From: Octopus vulgaris
Taxonomy: Eukaryota
DNA length: 64,000 nt
Direction of reading: 5' to 3'
Assembly (NCBI GenBank): GCA_951406725.2
Contig: OX597814.1
Span: 1,364,001-1,428,000, forward strand
Shown here: piece after piece, positions 35,230 through 50,648 of the stretch
Numbering within the stretch: position 1 is the first letter of the stretch
Layout: the number at the start of each line of letters is the position of its first letter
Program-made: the position numbers and the translations under genes
The notes under the pieces: generated by a model
The model's database searches: none
Seen by the model: only the letters and a program-made list of their open reading frames with translations
What the model was told of the DNA's origin: nothing

Positions 35230-37650
35230 GTTAAAGACTTGTTTTATTTATATTTCCTGAGCGCCATACTAATACAATTGTTTGTTTGTTTCCCACCTGC
35301 CTTCGTCTTTTGTCTATTTTCATAAAGCTTCCCGTTATATATATATATATATATATATATAGTGGAGGCGCAATGGCCGAGTGGTTAGGGCAGCGGACTT
35401 GCGGTCGGAGGATCGCGGTTTCGATTCCCAGACCGGGCGTTGTGTGTGTTTATTGAGCGAAAACACCTAAAAGCTCCACGAGGCTCCGGCAGGGGATGGT
35501 GGTGATCCCTGCTGTACTCTTTCACCACTCTAAAGGCGGTGCTCCAGCATGGCCGCAGTCAAATGACTGAAACAAGTACAAAAAAAAAAAAAAATATATA
35601 CATACATACACACACACACACATATATATATACACACATGCAATCATACACATACATACATGCACACACATACACGTACATACATACATACATACATACA
35701 TACACATACATATATATATATATGTGTGTATATATATATATATATAAATACACACACTAGCTGACGTATGAGTATTTTTTCAATGTGTACAAATAATACG
35801 GAAAAAAATAAATAGTTACCAGGATAGCAAAAGAATTACATAAGTATCAAGCATGTTACAGCCTACTTATAAAGGTAGAAATTCCAGGGTTTGGTGAAAC
35901 ATTTTTTTATAACAGATAAATAGAGAAATGGAGGTTAAACGCAGGTGTTATTCAAATCTTTATACTTCCGCCATATGTTTCGAAGAAAACATTGGTATTA
36001 TTCCAGAGGGAATAAAATTATGCGTGCCCTTAACGTAGTTCTCAAGGAGATTCAGAATGATGCAGAATGTGACAATATTGGCCCCTTTTGAATTACAGGT
36101 CCAACTTATTTTTGCCAGCTGAGTGGACTGAATCCACTTTGAAATGAAGTGGATTGCACAAAAGCACAAACGCGCCGCCAGGAATTGAACTCACAACCAT
36201 ACGATCGCGAGCCGAATACTTGAACCACTAAGCTACGCGCCTTCACAGGCCTATATATATTTCTTTATTGTCCACAAGGGGCTAAACAAAGAGGGGAGAA
36301 ACAAGGACAGACAAACGGATTAAGTCGATTACATTGACCCCATTACGAAACTGGTACTTTATTTATCGACCTCGAAAGGATAAAAGGCAAAGTCGACCTC
36401 GGCGGAATTTGAACTCAGAACGTAACGACAGACGAAGACCTATAACCAAAGAGATGTCTGCTGTAACCACCGCGTCTTTTCTTTCAGACATAGTGTATCA
36501 AGAACTAGATCGTTCAATGTGTCCTTTCTTTTTAAGTCGGGGGAGACTCGGAATGTAATTTCTAACAGAAATGTTTGGCTAGCGAGCATGGTGGATAGAT
36601 AATTGGTGTCATGTGAAGTTTCAGAGAAGACATCTTAACCTGAATCTCTTTTGGAAGTGAAGTTTACGACTTCATTTATTTAAACTTCTCAAACGAATCA
36701 AATCAAAGACGTGTCCATGCTGCTGTCTTTTCATTAATACTAAATGCTCGCTTTTGTGACCTTAACAGCAGTGTGAACATTGAATTGCAGTCGAGCGGTG
36801 ATCTCTTTTAACACCACGAAAATTAGAACAATGCCGAACTATGACTAGAAGCGACAGAGAAATGATTAAATATTTATCGCTAGTTAACAATTATGTCCTT
36901 AAGTTACAGACATGGACGCACACATTCAATTCATTGCCAACCACGACTTTTGCGTAGCCAAAATGACTGATTCCATCGTTAGTAGCCAAACGGTGAGTTA
37001 ACTTCACAAACCGGAAGTTGACGCATTACCAACCATTAGAGTTCGTTATTAGCCACCATTTTAAAATATTTAAGCAGACGTTACTTAACGTTCTACGTTC
37101 GAATTCTGTCAAGATTGAATTCTCCTTTTATTCCTTGCAGGAATCAGTGAAAGACTAGGATCGAATCGAATCAATCTATAAACACGCTTTCATGTTTTCT
37201 GAAAAGAAAGAAAAAGAAAAGAAATAAATATGGCCACCCTGCGTAGTAACATTATTACGTAAAAGTAATTTCTAATATAAATATTTGTTAGACAGACGCC
37301 AATGTCTGTCCGTTGAATCTTTGATATTGTTCGTTGTAGCCTACCTACCTCCAGTAAAACACCCCAATATTATTGCTACAGTATCAAGATTAAATATGTT
37401 TTAAATATATTAAATATGTTTTCACACGCCGATCTGTTTGGTTTATTATACTGTAAAACGTTTTGCACGACTGATAACACACGCACTCACACACATAAGA
37501 ACATATATGCATATCCACACACATACATACACACACATACAAACACATGCATATATCACATACACACACATATCAAACACATGCTATTTGTATTATGCAT
37601 ATATAAACATAGGTATATCTATATGCATATATTTAAATATGTATATATAC

Positions 37651-37729
<79 letters not shown>

Positions 37730-38564
37730 CATATACATGCATAAAACAAATTACACACACACATGCAATTTATTTTATGTATGTGTATATACACACACAC
37801 ACAAATATATACATATATGTGTATACACATGAGCGGATATATATGAGTGCGTGTATATGCATGTGTGTGTGTGCTTGCACGTTTGTATGCTTGCGTATAT
37901 GTGTGTGCATGTGTGCATGTGTGTGTGTGTGTGTGTGTATTCACACACACACATATATAAGACAATAATGAATTTACATTTTTATTGCAGTCTGTCCATC
38001 CATATGTATGTTTGAATATTTTTGCGTTCCGTAACATCTGAGATCTTTGAACATATGTCTGCTTTGAATCTCGCCATTTATTTACTTATCTATCTCACAG
38101 ACACACCGCAATCTCCTTCCAATTGGCGCCAGATCACCATTCCACTCAGTCTTGGACTTGTTGATAAACCAATCGATAAAAACACTCAGAGAAAAAAAAA
38201 AAACACACACACATACATACAAACATACACAAACACAAACACACACACACAGAAACACAAACATATACACACATCCACTTGCACGTACACATCCCTACGT
38301 TCATACATAGCTGCATATACATCCATATCTATACACACATACATCTGACTACACACGCATATACACTCATGTTCAGACCCAGATATACATCCTCTATCTC
38401 CTTATATAAATCACACAACACATGTATGTGTGTATCTATACATATATTGCATATATATATATATATACACATAAATGTGTTTATTATATATATGCATGTT
38501 TATGTATATATATATGTGTATGTGTGCGCGTGTGTGCATGTATGCATGTACGTATATATATATG

Positions 38565-38624
<60 letters not shown>

Positions 38625-38754
38625 CATACACACATATATACGTATATATATACATGTATGTTTACATATATGTAGACATCCATCCATACAAATATATATG
38701 TATGTATATTTGTATGCGCCAGCGTATATACATATATATATATCTATCTATATC

Positions 38755-38791
<37 letters not shown>

Positions 38792-38811
38792 GTATGTATG
38801 TGTGTGTGTGT

Positions 38812-38850
<39 letters not shown>

Positions 38851-39998
38851 ATATATATGTAAGTGTGTGTGTGCATGTATGTTTATATAATGTTTATATG
38901 TATGTATATGTTATATGAGGCTATCAGTGAGATATGAGATGTATATCGTATTGTACAGATGGATATCATCATCGCCAAATCCACGTAATCTCTGTTTCGT
39001 TTAATTGTCACTGCATGATAATGTGGCAGGGGGAAGAAGGGCGTGGAGAGGAAGGCGGAGAACTTAGGGGGTTAGTGGTGAGTAGGGGACAGCGTGTGTG
39101 TGTGTGGGTGGGGTGGAATACATCAGGGAAGTAAAGGATCGTTTGGTGGTGGTGGTGGTTATAGTGCTGACTGTTGGTGGGGTTTTGGTGTTTGCAGTGG
39201 TATTGATGATGGTGTTGTTTAACCCCATGCAGGTTTAATCAAGCAGCTCTAAGATAAAACGGTATTTCAACCGTGACCATCCCGCTTATTTTATTTTACA
39301 TTTTCAGGTACAATGCATCAAGAATTAGATTATCCAACGTGTCTTCCTTTTATTTTCGAAAACGTAAATTGAATAAGATTTGGCTGCTATTTCGAGCAGG
39401 TCATTCGTTGGTGGTTGTGGGGTTGTCAGTAGTGGTGGGTATATATGGAACGACAAAGACACACCTAGAAGTAATCAGAGGATATCAGGTGTAGAGCGGG
39501 GTTGGAGGGGGAGGACGGATGGTAAGGAAATGGAAATGTAGAATTTAATCCATTTCAGGTGAATAGATTGATGGATTTAGATTAAAAGATTAACTGGAAC
39601 GAGTCACCATGTATTTCTAAGAGGAATGATCGATGATCGATGTATTACTATAGATATCTGTCTGTCTGTCTGTCTGGAGTGGGTGTATCTTTATATCCAT
39701 GTATGGATGTGTGTTTGCATATGTACGGACGTATATATGAATTTATGTATGTATGTATGTATGTTTGTATGTATGTATGTATGTATGTATGTATGTATGT
39801 GCGTATGTATGTATGTATGTGTGTATGTGTGTATGTATGTATGTATGTATGTATGTATGTATGTATGTATGTATGTATGCATGTATGTGTGTACGTAGAT
39901 ATGTATTTCTATATGTATGTGTTTGTATATGTATGTACGTATGTATGTATGTGTTTGTGTGTTTGTATATGTATGCATGTATGAATGTATGTATGGGC

Positions 39999-40048
<50 letters not shown>

Positions 40049-40350
40049 ATGTGTGCGTAAGCATAGGTATGTATATATGCTGACGCACACATATCCTTAA
40101 AATACACATATATACATCTGCGGTGTATATCGATACATACACACATACATACATAAATACATACATACACATATAAATATCTATTTATACTCAAACGCAC
40201 GCATACGCATACACGCGTATATATATGTGCACGTGTGTATGTGGATATTTATATATATATATATATACATATAAATACATATGTGTGTGTGTTTATCTGT
40301 ATCCGTATCTTATACATATGTTTACACACACACTCACATTTATATACATC

Positions 40351-40425
<75 letters not shown>

Positions 40426-40553
40426 GCATATATATGTGAGTGTACATTCTCTTTCTTTCTCTCTCACACACGTACTACACACTCACATATTTATGTACAT
40501 ACTAGCGTATACATAATATATAACATTATAACTGCGTATAAATCAGAGTAATG

Positions 40554-40648
<95 letters not shown>

Positions 40649-40657
40649 GTGTGTGTG

Positions 40658-40719
<62 letters not shown>

Positions 40720-41289
40720 GTGTGTGTTCTCTCTCTATATATATATGTGTGTATATTATATATATATGTATATATGTATGTATATACATACACATACACA
40801 ATCAGTGTAATGGTGTAAATAATACGATTCAAAAGAAGAAACGCCGTATCTCTCTCGATCAGAATCGATCTCCACAAATACTGTTATTATTGATCTCTAT
40901 CAATAAATCTTGTTTTCCAACTGCATTGTTTGCAAACGAGAATTGATTGATATTGCTGTATGTTGACCACGCGCAACAATTTGTATATTTGATGTAGGGC
41001 CCCGAAAACTGTATAGTTTAATAAAATACCTAAATTGTATTTTAACAACGAGCCCTAAACCATTAAATTTTCGCCAGGGCAACAAAAAATGCATATTTTA
41101 GCCAGGAACCCACAAATAAAATGTTTTGTGTAGGGCTCCCAAAATACTATTTTCTTTTGTTCTTTTATTCTTTCATTTGTCTCAGTCATTTGACTGCGGC
41201 CATGCTGGAGCACCGCCTTTAGTCGAACAAATCGCCCCCCCCCCCCCAGGACTTACTCTTTGTATGCATACACATACAAATACTCACAC

Positions 41290-44200
41290 ACGTATACAAT
41301 CACACAAAAAGGAAAAAATAAAAAAATTATAAAAAGTATATAAAGCAAAAAATGTTAAGACATATGGAAGGCTTGTACAAAACACTAAAAAAGCAGGTTC
41401 TATCCGTAATCTTGGTGGGGGACAAAACCGTAACAAGTATTTTGTCATGTATGGACATGATCCAAAAAGTTCAGTTCTTGAATTTAGGCATGTAGCGGTG
41501 TCTAAGGAACTTTTACAGATGAACCATCTTTCCATATCACAAAGACCGCACTTACCACTGATGATCCCTACATACCTTGGTCGTAGGGTCACAAAAATAA
41601 AAATCAAAGATGTGTCCCCGAGATACAAATAAAATGGCTTGAGTCTGCCATTTGTTATGATATCGAGGAGGCAATCCACATCTTGGAAATCGCTGTCCTA
41701 GACAAGCAAAACTGGATTGGTCAAGGAGTGGAAATCCTTGCTCAAGTTGATTCAATCAGCATTGAAAGGAATCCACATCTTATCAAACTGGCAGACGGTT
41801 CAAATTTGCATGTAGTAGCAAATCACACCTGAAAATCAATTGTCCATTAGCACAGAAACAACCACAACAGCAACAACAACGACAACAAGATTAACAACAA
41901 CAACAACAACAACCATAACAAGAAAACAAAAACCAAGAAAAAACCAGCACTGCTACCCACACCGCCATATGCACAACTGATAAAACAGCTCTAACAAATG
42001 AAGGAACATTAGCAACCAACAACCCAACCCAACCAAACGACACCACCATCAGCGCCACCAAGAACAGAAACAACACCACCACCACCACCACCACCAACAA
42101 CAACAACTCCAAGGGAAGAAGGGGAAAACAAAAGGACTCATACCCCACCCCCAAAACCCATACACCACATCCCAACTGTCACCAACCAGCAGCAACACCA
42201 ACAGCAAAATCAACATTAACACACTCTGAAATAGACCCCAATACCCTTCCCCTCCCACCTTCTGATTCCTCCGACATTTCGTCAGATGGATACGACACAG
42301 AGGATTGGCAAGTAACCACAGGGGGAAGGAGAAAAATGGGGAAAGAATAGAGGAGCAGACAAACAAAGCAGGGAGCACTCTCGAAACCAAAACACCCGTA
42401 GAAAACAAAAGCATCAACACAAACACACTAACACCAAAACCCCCAACAATGTTGACAGCAATAAACACCAACAATCCAGACCTATTGGAATACATTAGGT
42501 CAAACACCAACATAACAGAAAACGATACCAAAACAAAGAATCACCCATGCACAACACATTAAAATCATACACATAACACAGAACACACACAACACACTGA
42601 AATCTCTGTACCCGGATGCAGTAGGGAGATTTCAAAAATACCTCTCTAAAAAAACTGTACAAAAACCTTCTGGAAGAAGACTGAGGTGAAGGGCAAATAA
42701 CTTTCGGACAGTAAGTGACTCTCTCTCTCTCTCTCTCATTCTCTTTCGTCTTCCTTTTGTTTGCAAAACACAACTTCCGATAGGAACATGCTCAATATAA
42801 GTTGTAAAAATGTACGTGGCTTGGGGTCGCCTTGGAAACAAGGCTACCTGTTGCTTGTAAATGACATCAAGTCACAGAATGTGCTTATCATAGCCATCAA
42901 TGAGACCAGACTCCACAACCCGCGGGCCCTCCAGCACATTTATTTTTCTCCGTGTCTGCGGAGAATGGGCGGAGGTGGTACCGTGATGCTTCTTCGGAAG
43001 AGTCTGGAGCTCAAAGTATGAGTAATTTTCCTAGACCCGGAGGGTAGGCTGGTCGTCTTGGATGTCGATGGCAGTAATGGGTATGCTTTTCGACTGATAA
43101 CAGTTTATGCATCGTCCTTAACAGGTCGACCAGATTTCTTTCGACGTCTAGAGGTTTTCCAAGGAACGTCTCGACTTTTACTTTTTGTGGGGGATTGGAA
43201 CACTACTTTGGACACGCATCTAGACTACGTGGGAAGAAATAGTAATGGGAGGGGATGTAAATGCCTCAAAGACCTGGTCAAACGTTTCCAACTGTCTGAC
43301 AAGTACCGAAAGGACCACCCGAATGTGCCAATGTGGGCATGGAGCAACCGCATCGTATTTAGATAGAGTATTCTGTAGGACAGTAGATAGGGATAGTGTA
43401 GGTTGTCCACAGTTCCATATAGTCAGTTACTCAGATCACAAATTTATGACTTGTACGCTTGACTTAGATAAGATCCAAGGCAGGGTCCCGGTTACTGGAA
43501 GCTGAACGTGTCGTTCACGGCACACCAGGCGTACAGGGACAAGATTAGCACATTAGTTAAGAGAGCATTGACGGGTGCCATCGTCAACAATAGATGGTGA
43601 TATGCCCTAAAGAAAGCAATTAAAGCAGAATCGGTTAGGTATAGTAAGGCTCTAGCATTAGACCGAAATAAAATAGAGGGAGATCTAGTTAAGAAATTAG
43701 AAGAGGCACTTAGAACTGGTATCGTGTTCAACATACTGGCGGCGAGGTTGGCTCTCGACCAACACTTCAACGCCAAACAGGAAGGATGCGTTGTCAGAGC
43801 TAGGATGCGTGCTCTGAGGACCGAAGGAGTTAGAGTCGCCCGAGTGGCCCGAGAGGCGGAGGTGCAACGGGGCAACAAATCTACCATTAGGTCTCTGACA
43901 GATGAGCAAGGGCGTAAATTACTCGAGCTCGAAAGGATATGTGAGGCCTTTGAACAACATTTTGCCCGACTGTTCGGGACAACTGGTGGATTAGAACGCT
44001 AGGTGGAATTTAGTGCCTACCTGCATAGCCTACCACGACTCTCGGTAAGAGAGGCGGAGTGTTGTGAAAGACCCATCACAGCCGCGGACGTACGGGATGC
44101 GATGGCAGGCTGCGCGGGAGACAAGTCGCCAGGCTTGGAGGGTCTGTCCTACGAATTCTATTGTCATATGCCAGACGTATTTGGAGGAGTCTTGGCAGCG

Positions 44201-45269
44201 GTCATAGATAACTTCAGGCCCATCACTCTGTTCAACACAGATTTGAAGATTTTGGCCAAGGTGTCAGCCGAGAGGTTGGCGCTTGTGATCGAGAAACTGG
44301 TCAACAAGGTGCAAACATGCGCCGTGCCGGGGAGGAGTATCCATGACAACTTCCATCTGATGCGCTACATCATAGAAAGGGTAGTTAAGGAGACTGGCAT
44401 GGGTGAGATGCTGATCAATTTGAATCAATCGAAAGCTTTCAATAGAGTAGATCATCGCTACTTGGAGGCTGTCCTTAGACGGTAGTTTCTATCCGTTATT
44501 CCGCCGTTGGATCACTGCCTTATACAGCGGCATCCGCTCGGTAGTTCGCGTAAATGGTCATCTGTCCAGACCATTTAACATCAACTCTGCCGTCCGGGGC
44601 CAAACTTGTGCGACTTCAATTCCACGAATGCGTCTATAGAGGATTAGTGGAGAGGAGGTTCGACGACGTTCTCGGGGAGAACCTGGGCATCGACGAGGAA
44701 CACCTGACCCGCCTGTTCAGGACAACTTTCGGGCCGGGACCTATGGACAATCACCAGAGATCCCTGACCTGGCAGTACTATCGGGAAGCATTGCCCGTTC
44801 AGCATAAACTCTACAGGGACGGTTCGAGACACACTGGACCGACTTGCCCGAGATGCGGTCAGAGAGACGAAACCGTTCTGCACGCACTCGTGCAGTGTCC
44901 AACCATTTCGGACCTGTGGGCTTATGCCGAACGGCTGCTGTCACGTGTAGGACGAATCCGCCTATCGGCCGAGTCTATCGTGGAAATTGCTCCACCCTCT
45001 TCCCTTAACCGGGAATGCAAGGTGGTTTTCATCGTATTGGTGGCCATGGTGAAGGAATGTGTGTGGTGGACTCGAGCGAAAGGTTTAGAGTCAAACACTT
45101 TCCTCTCTGGCCAATCGCTCATCAACTTTTTCAAGTACCACTTGAAAAGGAAGGTGAGAATGGAGAGGCAAGTTATGTCTCGTGAAAGTTTCAAGAACAG
45201 GTGGGTGAGTGTAGCAAAGATAGTGCGTGTGAGTGACGAAACCACTTTGAGCATGATCCCGTAAATCGT

Positions 45270-45356
<87 letters not shown>

Positions 45357-45632
45357 ACTTTGCTCTCATGTGTTTATTCCCTCCCTGTCTGGGGTTACTG
45401 TGGTCTTTTCCGTAAGCTTTTATTCCACGGATAAACTTAATTTTGCTTCTTACATTTAAAAAATTTTTTGTGATACATGATCCCTTTTGATCGTTCTTTT
45501 TCCCGATCCCTTTAGATCGGAATTTTACTTTTTTTTAATTTTTCCCCTTTTTCTTTTTTCATCTTCGAAAAGAAAAGCTCTACATTTGTATTTGACCCTC
45601 TGCGTTCAGCCCTGTGTGGCCAATAAAGAAAG
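41290..45632 (+). mobile_element. Tx1/L1-clade LINE copy 1: decayed ORF1, then ORF2 from ATG 42788 (APE, RT, Cys/His domain), internally deleted
   Basis: MLNISCKNVRGL, AINET, VGDWN, SDHK (APE); KSPGLEG, NFRPITL, QSKAFNRVDH (RT); CPRCG…ETVLHALVQC; ends AATAAAgaaagt(tatc)n. The 5' boundary is uncertain. Confidence 0.88.

Positions 45633-45730
<98 letters not shown>
45633..45730. repeat. (TATC)n tract joining the two LINE copies
   Basis: Read directly. Confidence 0.95.
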
Positions 45731-48332
45731 CGATTGTTCGGGACGAGTGGCGGGCAAGAACGTAGGGTGGACTTCAGTGCCTACCTACACAGTCTACCAC
45801 GACTCTCGACAAGAGAGGCAGGGTGCTGCGAAGGTGCCATCACGGCGGCGGAAGTGCAGGACGCGATGGCAGAATGCTCGAGGGACAAATCACCGGGTTT
45901 GGATGGTCTACCCTACGAGCTTTACAATTGTATGCCAGACTTGTTTGGAGACGTCTTGGCGGCGGTGTACTGCAACTGGCAGCAAAACGGGAGCATTCCT
46001 GGTTTTGTGAGCCGAGGAGCCGTAACACTGCTGAAGAAAGATCTAAACAAGGGAAATGTAATAGATAACTTTAGGCCCATCACTCTGCTTAATGCAGACT
46101 TGAAAATTTTGGCCAAGGTGTTAGCCAAGAGGTTGGCGCTTGTCATCGAGAAACTGGTCGACAAGGTGCAAACGTGCGCCGTGCCGGGCCGGACCATCCA
46201 TGACAACCTCCACCTGATGCGCTACATCATAGACAGGGTAGTTAACGAACCTGGCATGGGTGGGGCGCTGATCAATTTGGATCAATCGAAAGCCTTCGAT
46301 AGGGTAGACCATCGATACTTGGGGGCTGTCCACAGAGCGGCTGGCTTCGGTCCCGTCTTCCGCGGCTGGATAGCCGCTTTGTACAGAGGCATCCGTTCGG
46401 TAATTCGCGTAAATGGACATCTATCGAGACCTTTCGACATCGCACGTTCGGTCCGTCAGGGATGCCCCCTCTCGTCGCTTCTATACGTATTGACTCTCGA
46501 GCCATTATTGCGGAAGCTGGCAACTCTGAGGGGCATCCCGCGAGAACTGGGATGCGGGAACGAGCGTGTCTGCATACGCGGACGACGTCACTGTCATAGT
46601 GTCTAGCCACGAGCACATCGAGCAGGTCGGCGAGACACTGAAAAACCACGAAGCGGTGACAGGAACGAAAATCAACCGGGAAAAGTCAGTGGGCTTGCGA
46701 CTAGGCACCTGGAGAAGCAAGCCCATGCTGTCCACCAGCGCCTCCGTTGTGGGACGCTGGACCGACGGTCCAGTCGAGTTGCTCGGGGTCTGGTTCGGTC
46801 CGGACCTCCAAATGGAGAAGAACTGGAACGAGATAACGAGTAGGGTGGTCACTCTCGCCCGGCAATGGGCCGAGAGGAAACTGTCCCTAAAAGGTCGGGC
46901 GGAGGCGGCGAACACGTACATCCCGTCCGTCATCTACTACCGCCTGACCGTCGTACCTTGTCCCGACCCTACCATCACCAAACTAGAACGCATTCTCTTT
47001 CGCTTCTTGTGGAAAGGATGCGTTCCGATGGTCAGGCGATCCATTTGCTGTCAACACCCGTTAAAAGGAGGACTGGGTATGCCGTGGTTGATGATGCGCA
47101 GACACGCGCTGAGACTGCGACATCTCAGGCTCTTCGTAGACAACGGTGAACTGGTGTGGTCGCCGTTTGTGAGGCACGCTTTCCCGCAGCTCGTCTCCAT
47201 GACCGAACTGCAGTCGTGGATCAAAAAGAGGCCTAGGAAGGGCGAATGGCACCGCGAGTGTCGCGTTGCTCTCAAGCAACTCTGCCGTCCCGGGTCGACC
47301 CTGAGTGACTCCATCACAACCAAAGCATTCTATAGGGGATTAGTGGAGGGGAGGTACAACGACGAGCTCGGGGCGAACCTGGACGTCGACGAGGAATACC
47401 TGACCCGCCTGTTCGGGACGACTTTCGGGCCAGGGCCCATGGACAACTTCCAGAGATCCTTGGCCTGGCAGTGCTACCGAGAAGCGCTACCCGTTTGGGA
47501 TAAGCTCTACAGACACGGCTCGAGAAACACGGGGCCGACCTGCCCGAGATGCGGTCAGAGCGACGAAACCGTTCTGCACGCACTCGTGCAGTGTCCAACA
47601 ATTTCCGACCTGTGGGCTTATGTCGAACAACTGCTGTCACGTGTGGGACGAGTCGGTTTATCAGCTGAGTCTATCGTCAATATTGTCACGCCTCCTTCCT
47701 TCAAACGGGAAGGAAGAGCTATTTTCATCATCCTTGTGGCTATGGCGAAAGAATGTATCTGGTGGACGCGTCTGAAAGGATTGGAGACAAACACTTTCCT
47801 CTCTGGTCAATCTCTCATCAACTTCTTCAAGTACCACTTGAAAAGGAAAGTGAGAGTAGTGAGGCAAGTTTTGTCTAAAAAAAAGATGGGTGAATGAAGC
47901 AAGGATGGCACGTATGAATGACGAAGTCACCTTGAGCATAATCCTATGAACCCAGAAATTGAAAACAGAGGGTTACCCACTTGCAAACAAATGTGGTAAC
48001 ATATAACAATATTGACCGAGGTTACCGTGGTCTTTTTCGTAGGCTTTTCTTCCCACGGATAAACCTTATCTGCTTCCCCCTTTACACCGTACATCATGAC
48101 ACTGTGATACACGATCCCTATTGATCGTTTTTTTCCTCTTCCCCTTTTTTCCTCTTTTTTTTTTCCTTTGTTTCTTTTCCTTTTTTCTTTCTTTCTTTCT
48201 TTCCCTTTTACGATCCCTTTTGATCGAAAACCTACGCCACTTTTTTCTTTTTTTTTCATCCCCCAAAAGAAAAGCTCTACCTTGTAATTTGTCCCATCTG
48301 TGTGCAGCCCTGTGTGGCCAATAAAGAAACTT
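45731..48332 (+). mobile_element. Tx1/L1-clade LINE copy 2, 5'-truncated, with near-intact RT
   Basis: KSPGLDG, NFRPITLLNADLK, DQSKAFDRVDH, VRQGCPLS, AYADDV, GGLG, CPRC…H…C; frameshifts near 46560 and 47880; ends AATAAAgaaact(tc/tatc)n. Confidence 0.93.
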
Positions 48333-48417
48333 ATCTCTCTCTCTCTCTCTCTCTCTATCTCTATCTCTCTATCTATCTGTCTGTCTGTCTGTCTGTCTTT
48401 CTGACTGACTGACTGTC

Positions 48418-48481
<64 letters not shown>

Positions 48482-48487
48482 CTACTA

Positions 48488-48539
<52 letters not shown>

Positions 48540-49020
48540 TACCCCTCTCTCTCTCTCTCTCTCTATTTATCTATCTATCTATCTATCTATTATCTATCTA
48601 TCTGTCTGTCTGCCTGTCTGTCTATCTATGTGTACATGTGCATGAGTGCTTGTGTGTATGTGCATGGGTGTGTGTGCGTGTGTCTGTGTATGAATGTGTG
48701 TGTGCATGTGAATGCTGTGTGTGTGTGTGTGTGTTGTGCATGTATGTGTACGTGAATGTGTGTGTGTGTGCATGTGTGTGTGCATGTGCATGTGTGAATG
48801 GGTGTGTGTGCATGGGTGTATGTGGTACATGTGCGTACGCGTGTGTGCAGGTGTATATGTGTGTGAGTGTGTATAATACTTATTTTTAGAAAGCGGAGGT
48901 TGACACCGAACCAAAGTTTTGGCATATTTGTCTTTATGAAGCACTCAATTGACAACAGGTAGTCGAAAACTTCGAAGTTACTGTCAGCCGCTTCCTTGTA
49001 GCAATAAATAAATATGGTAG

Positions 49021-49191
49021 CGGCCGTTCGGCATAAGCCCACAGGTCCGAAATGGTTGGACACTGCACGAGTGCGTGCAGAACGGTTTCGTCGCTCTGAC
49101 CGCATCTCGGGCAAGTCGGTCCAGTGTATCTCGAACCGTGCCTGTAGAGTTTATGCCGAACGGGCAATGCTTCCCGATAGTACTGCCAGGT
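49021..49191 (-). mobile_element. Short inverted fragment of the same LINE family (Cys/His region)
   Basis: Reverse complement closely matches ~44768-44936. Confidence 0.85.
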
Positions 49192-49751
49192 AATTTAATG
49201 TTAGAATGCTTTTATATATAAAGCAGCCATTCACACATACCCATCAAATATATTTAATTAAAAACACGACTATGTTCCAGTTTTATCTTTTGTATAACAA
49301 ATATTTCATATCAATTTCTGTTTCGGGTTAGTTCGGAGCAATACACTTCCTATACCTATATTCAACGTGCCCAGACATTCAGAAGCTCATTTTTAGAAAT
49401 GGAATAGGTTTGGCTTTTATTTTACTCTATACTCTGGTGGAATTTTTGTAGACTTTACCAACAAGAGTATTCATATACATATACATATATACATAAATAT
49501 ACATAAATGTACACACACACACACACACATGTATACTCTTTTACTCTTTTACTTGTTTCAGTCATTTGACTGCGGCCATGCTGGAGGCACCGCCTTTAGT
49601 CGAGCAAATCGAAACCAGGACTTATTCTTTGTAAGCCTAGTACTTATTCTATCAGTCTCTTTTGCCGAACCACTAAATTACGGGGACGTAAACACACCGG
49701 CATCTGTTGTCAAGCGATGTTGGGGGAACAAGCACAGACACACAAACGTAT

Positions 49752-49783
<32 letters not shown>

Positions 49784-49807
49784 ACATACACACACACATA
49801 CATACAT

Positions 49808-49882
<75 letters not shown>

Positions 49883-50648
49883 TACGACGGGCTTCTTTCA
49901 GTTTCCGTCTACCAAATCCACTCACAAGGCTTTGGTAGAAGACACTTGCCCAAGGTGCCACGCAGTGGGACTGAACCCGGAACCATGTGGTTGGTAAGCA
50001 AGCTACTTACCACACAGCCACTCCTACGCCTATAATATGTATATATATATATATATATATAACATATATAAACACACACATATATAAATATACAAATGTA
50101 TGTATGTATACATGTATATAAGTATGTATGAGTGTATATTTGTATGTATGTATCTATTTATCAGTACCCACACCTACAATTCACTCCCCACCGTTTTACA
50201 AAAGAAGAAGTAATGCATAAGATAACATCGTCTCGGGTACACTGTATCCCAGAATAAGAAAGATGGGGTCACTATTGGAATGCCTTTATTCAGAGGCCTT
50301 CTTATTCAATGCCAACCTGGGATTAACACCAAACACGATCAAAGAAATTCCTGTAAGTAATAGTTATAACAATGGCGGCCGTTGTCAAAGATAATCTCAC
50401 AAAACAGAACAGCCGCCATCTTAGTGTCATAAGTAAACAATGTCATTCAAAACGATAACAATAATTGATGACTAGTTCCAGTATGAAATCGATATCAACC
50501 AAAGGAGGAAATGCACCATTAATATTACAAGTTGAATATCAAATACTTTGAAATGGTTTGTCGAGATTTCAACTGATTTATAATTAGTTAGAAAATTACG
50601 ATTTGTAAATCTCACAACGAGAGATATTTAGAAACAGTACTTTGGAGA

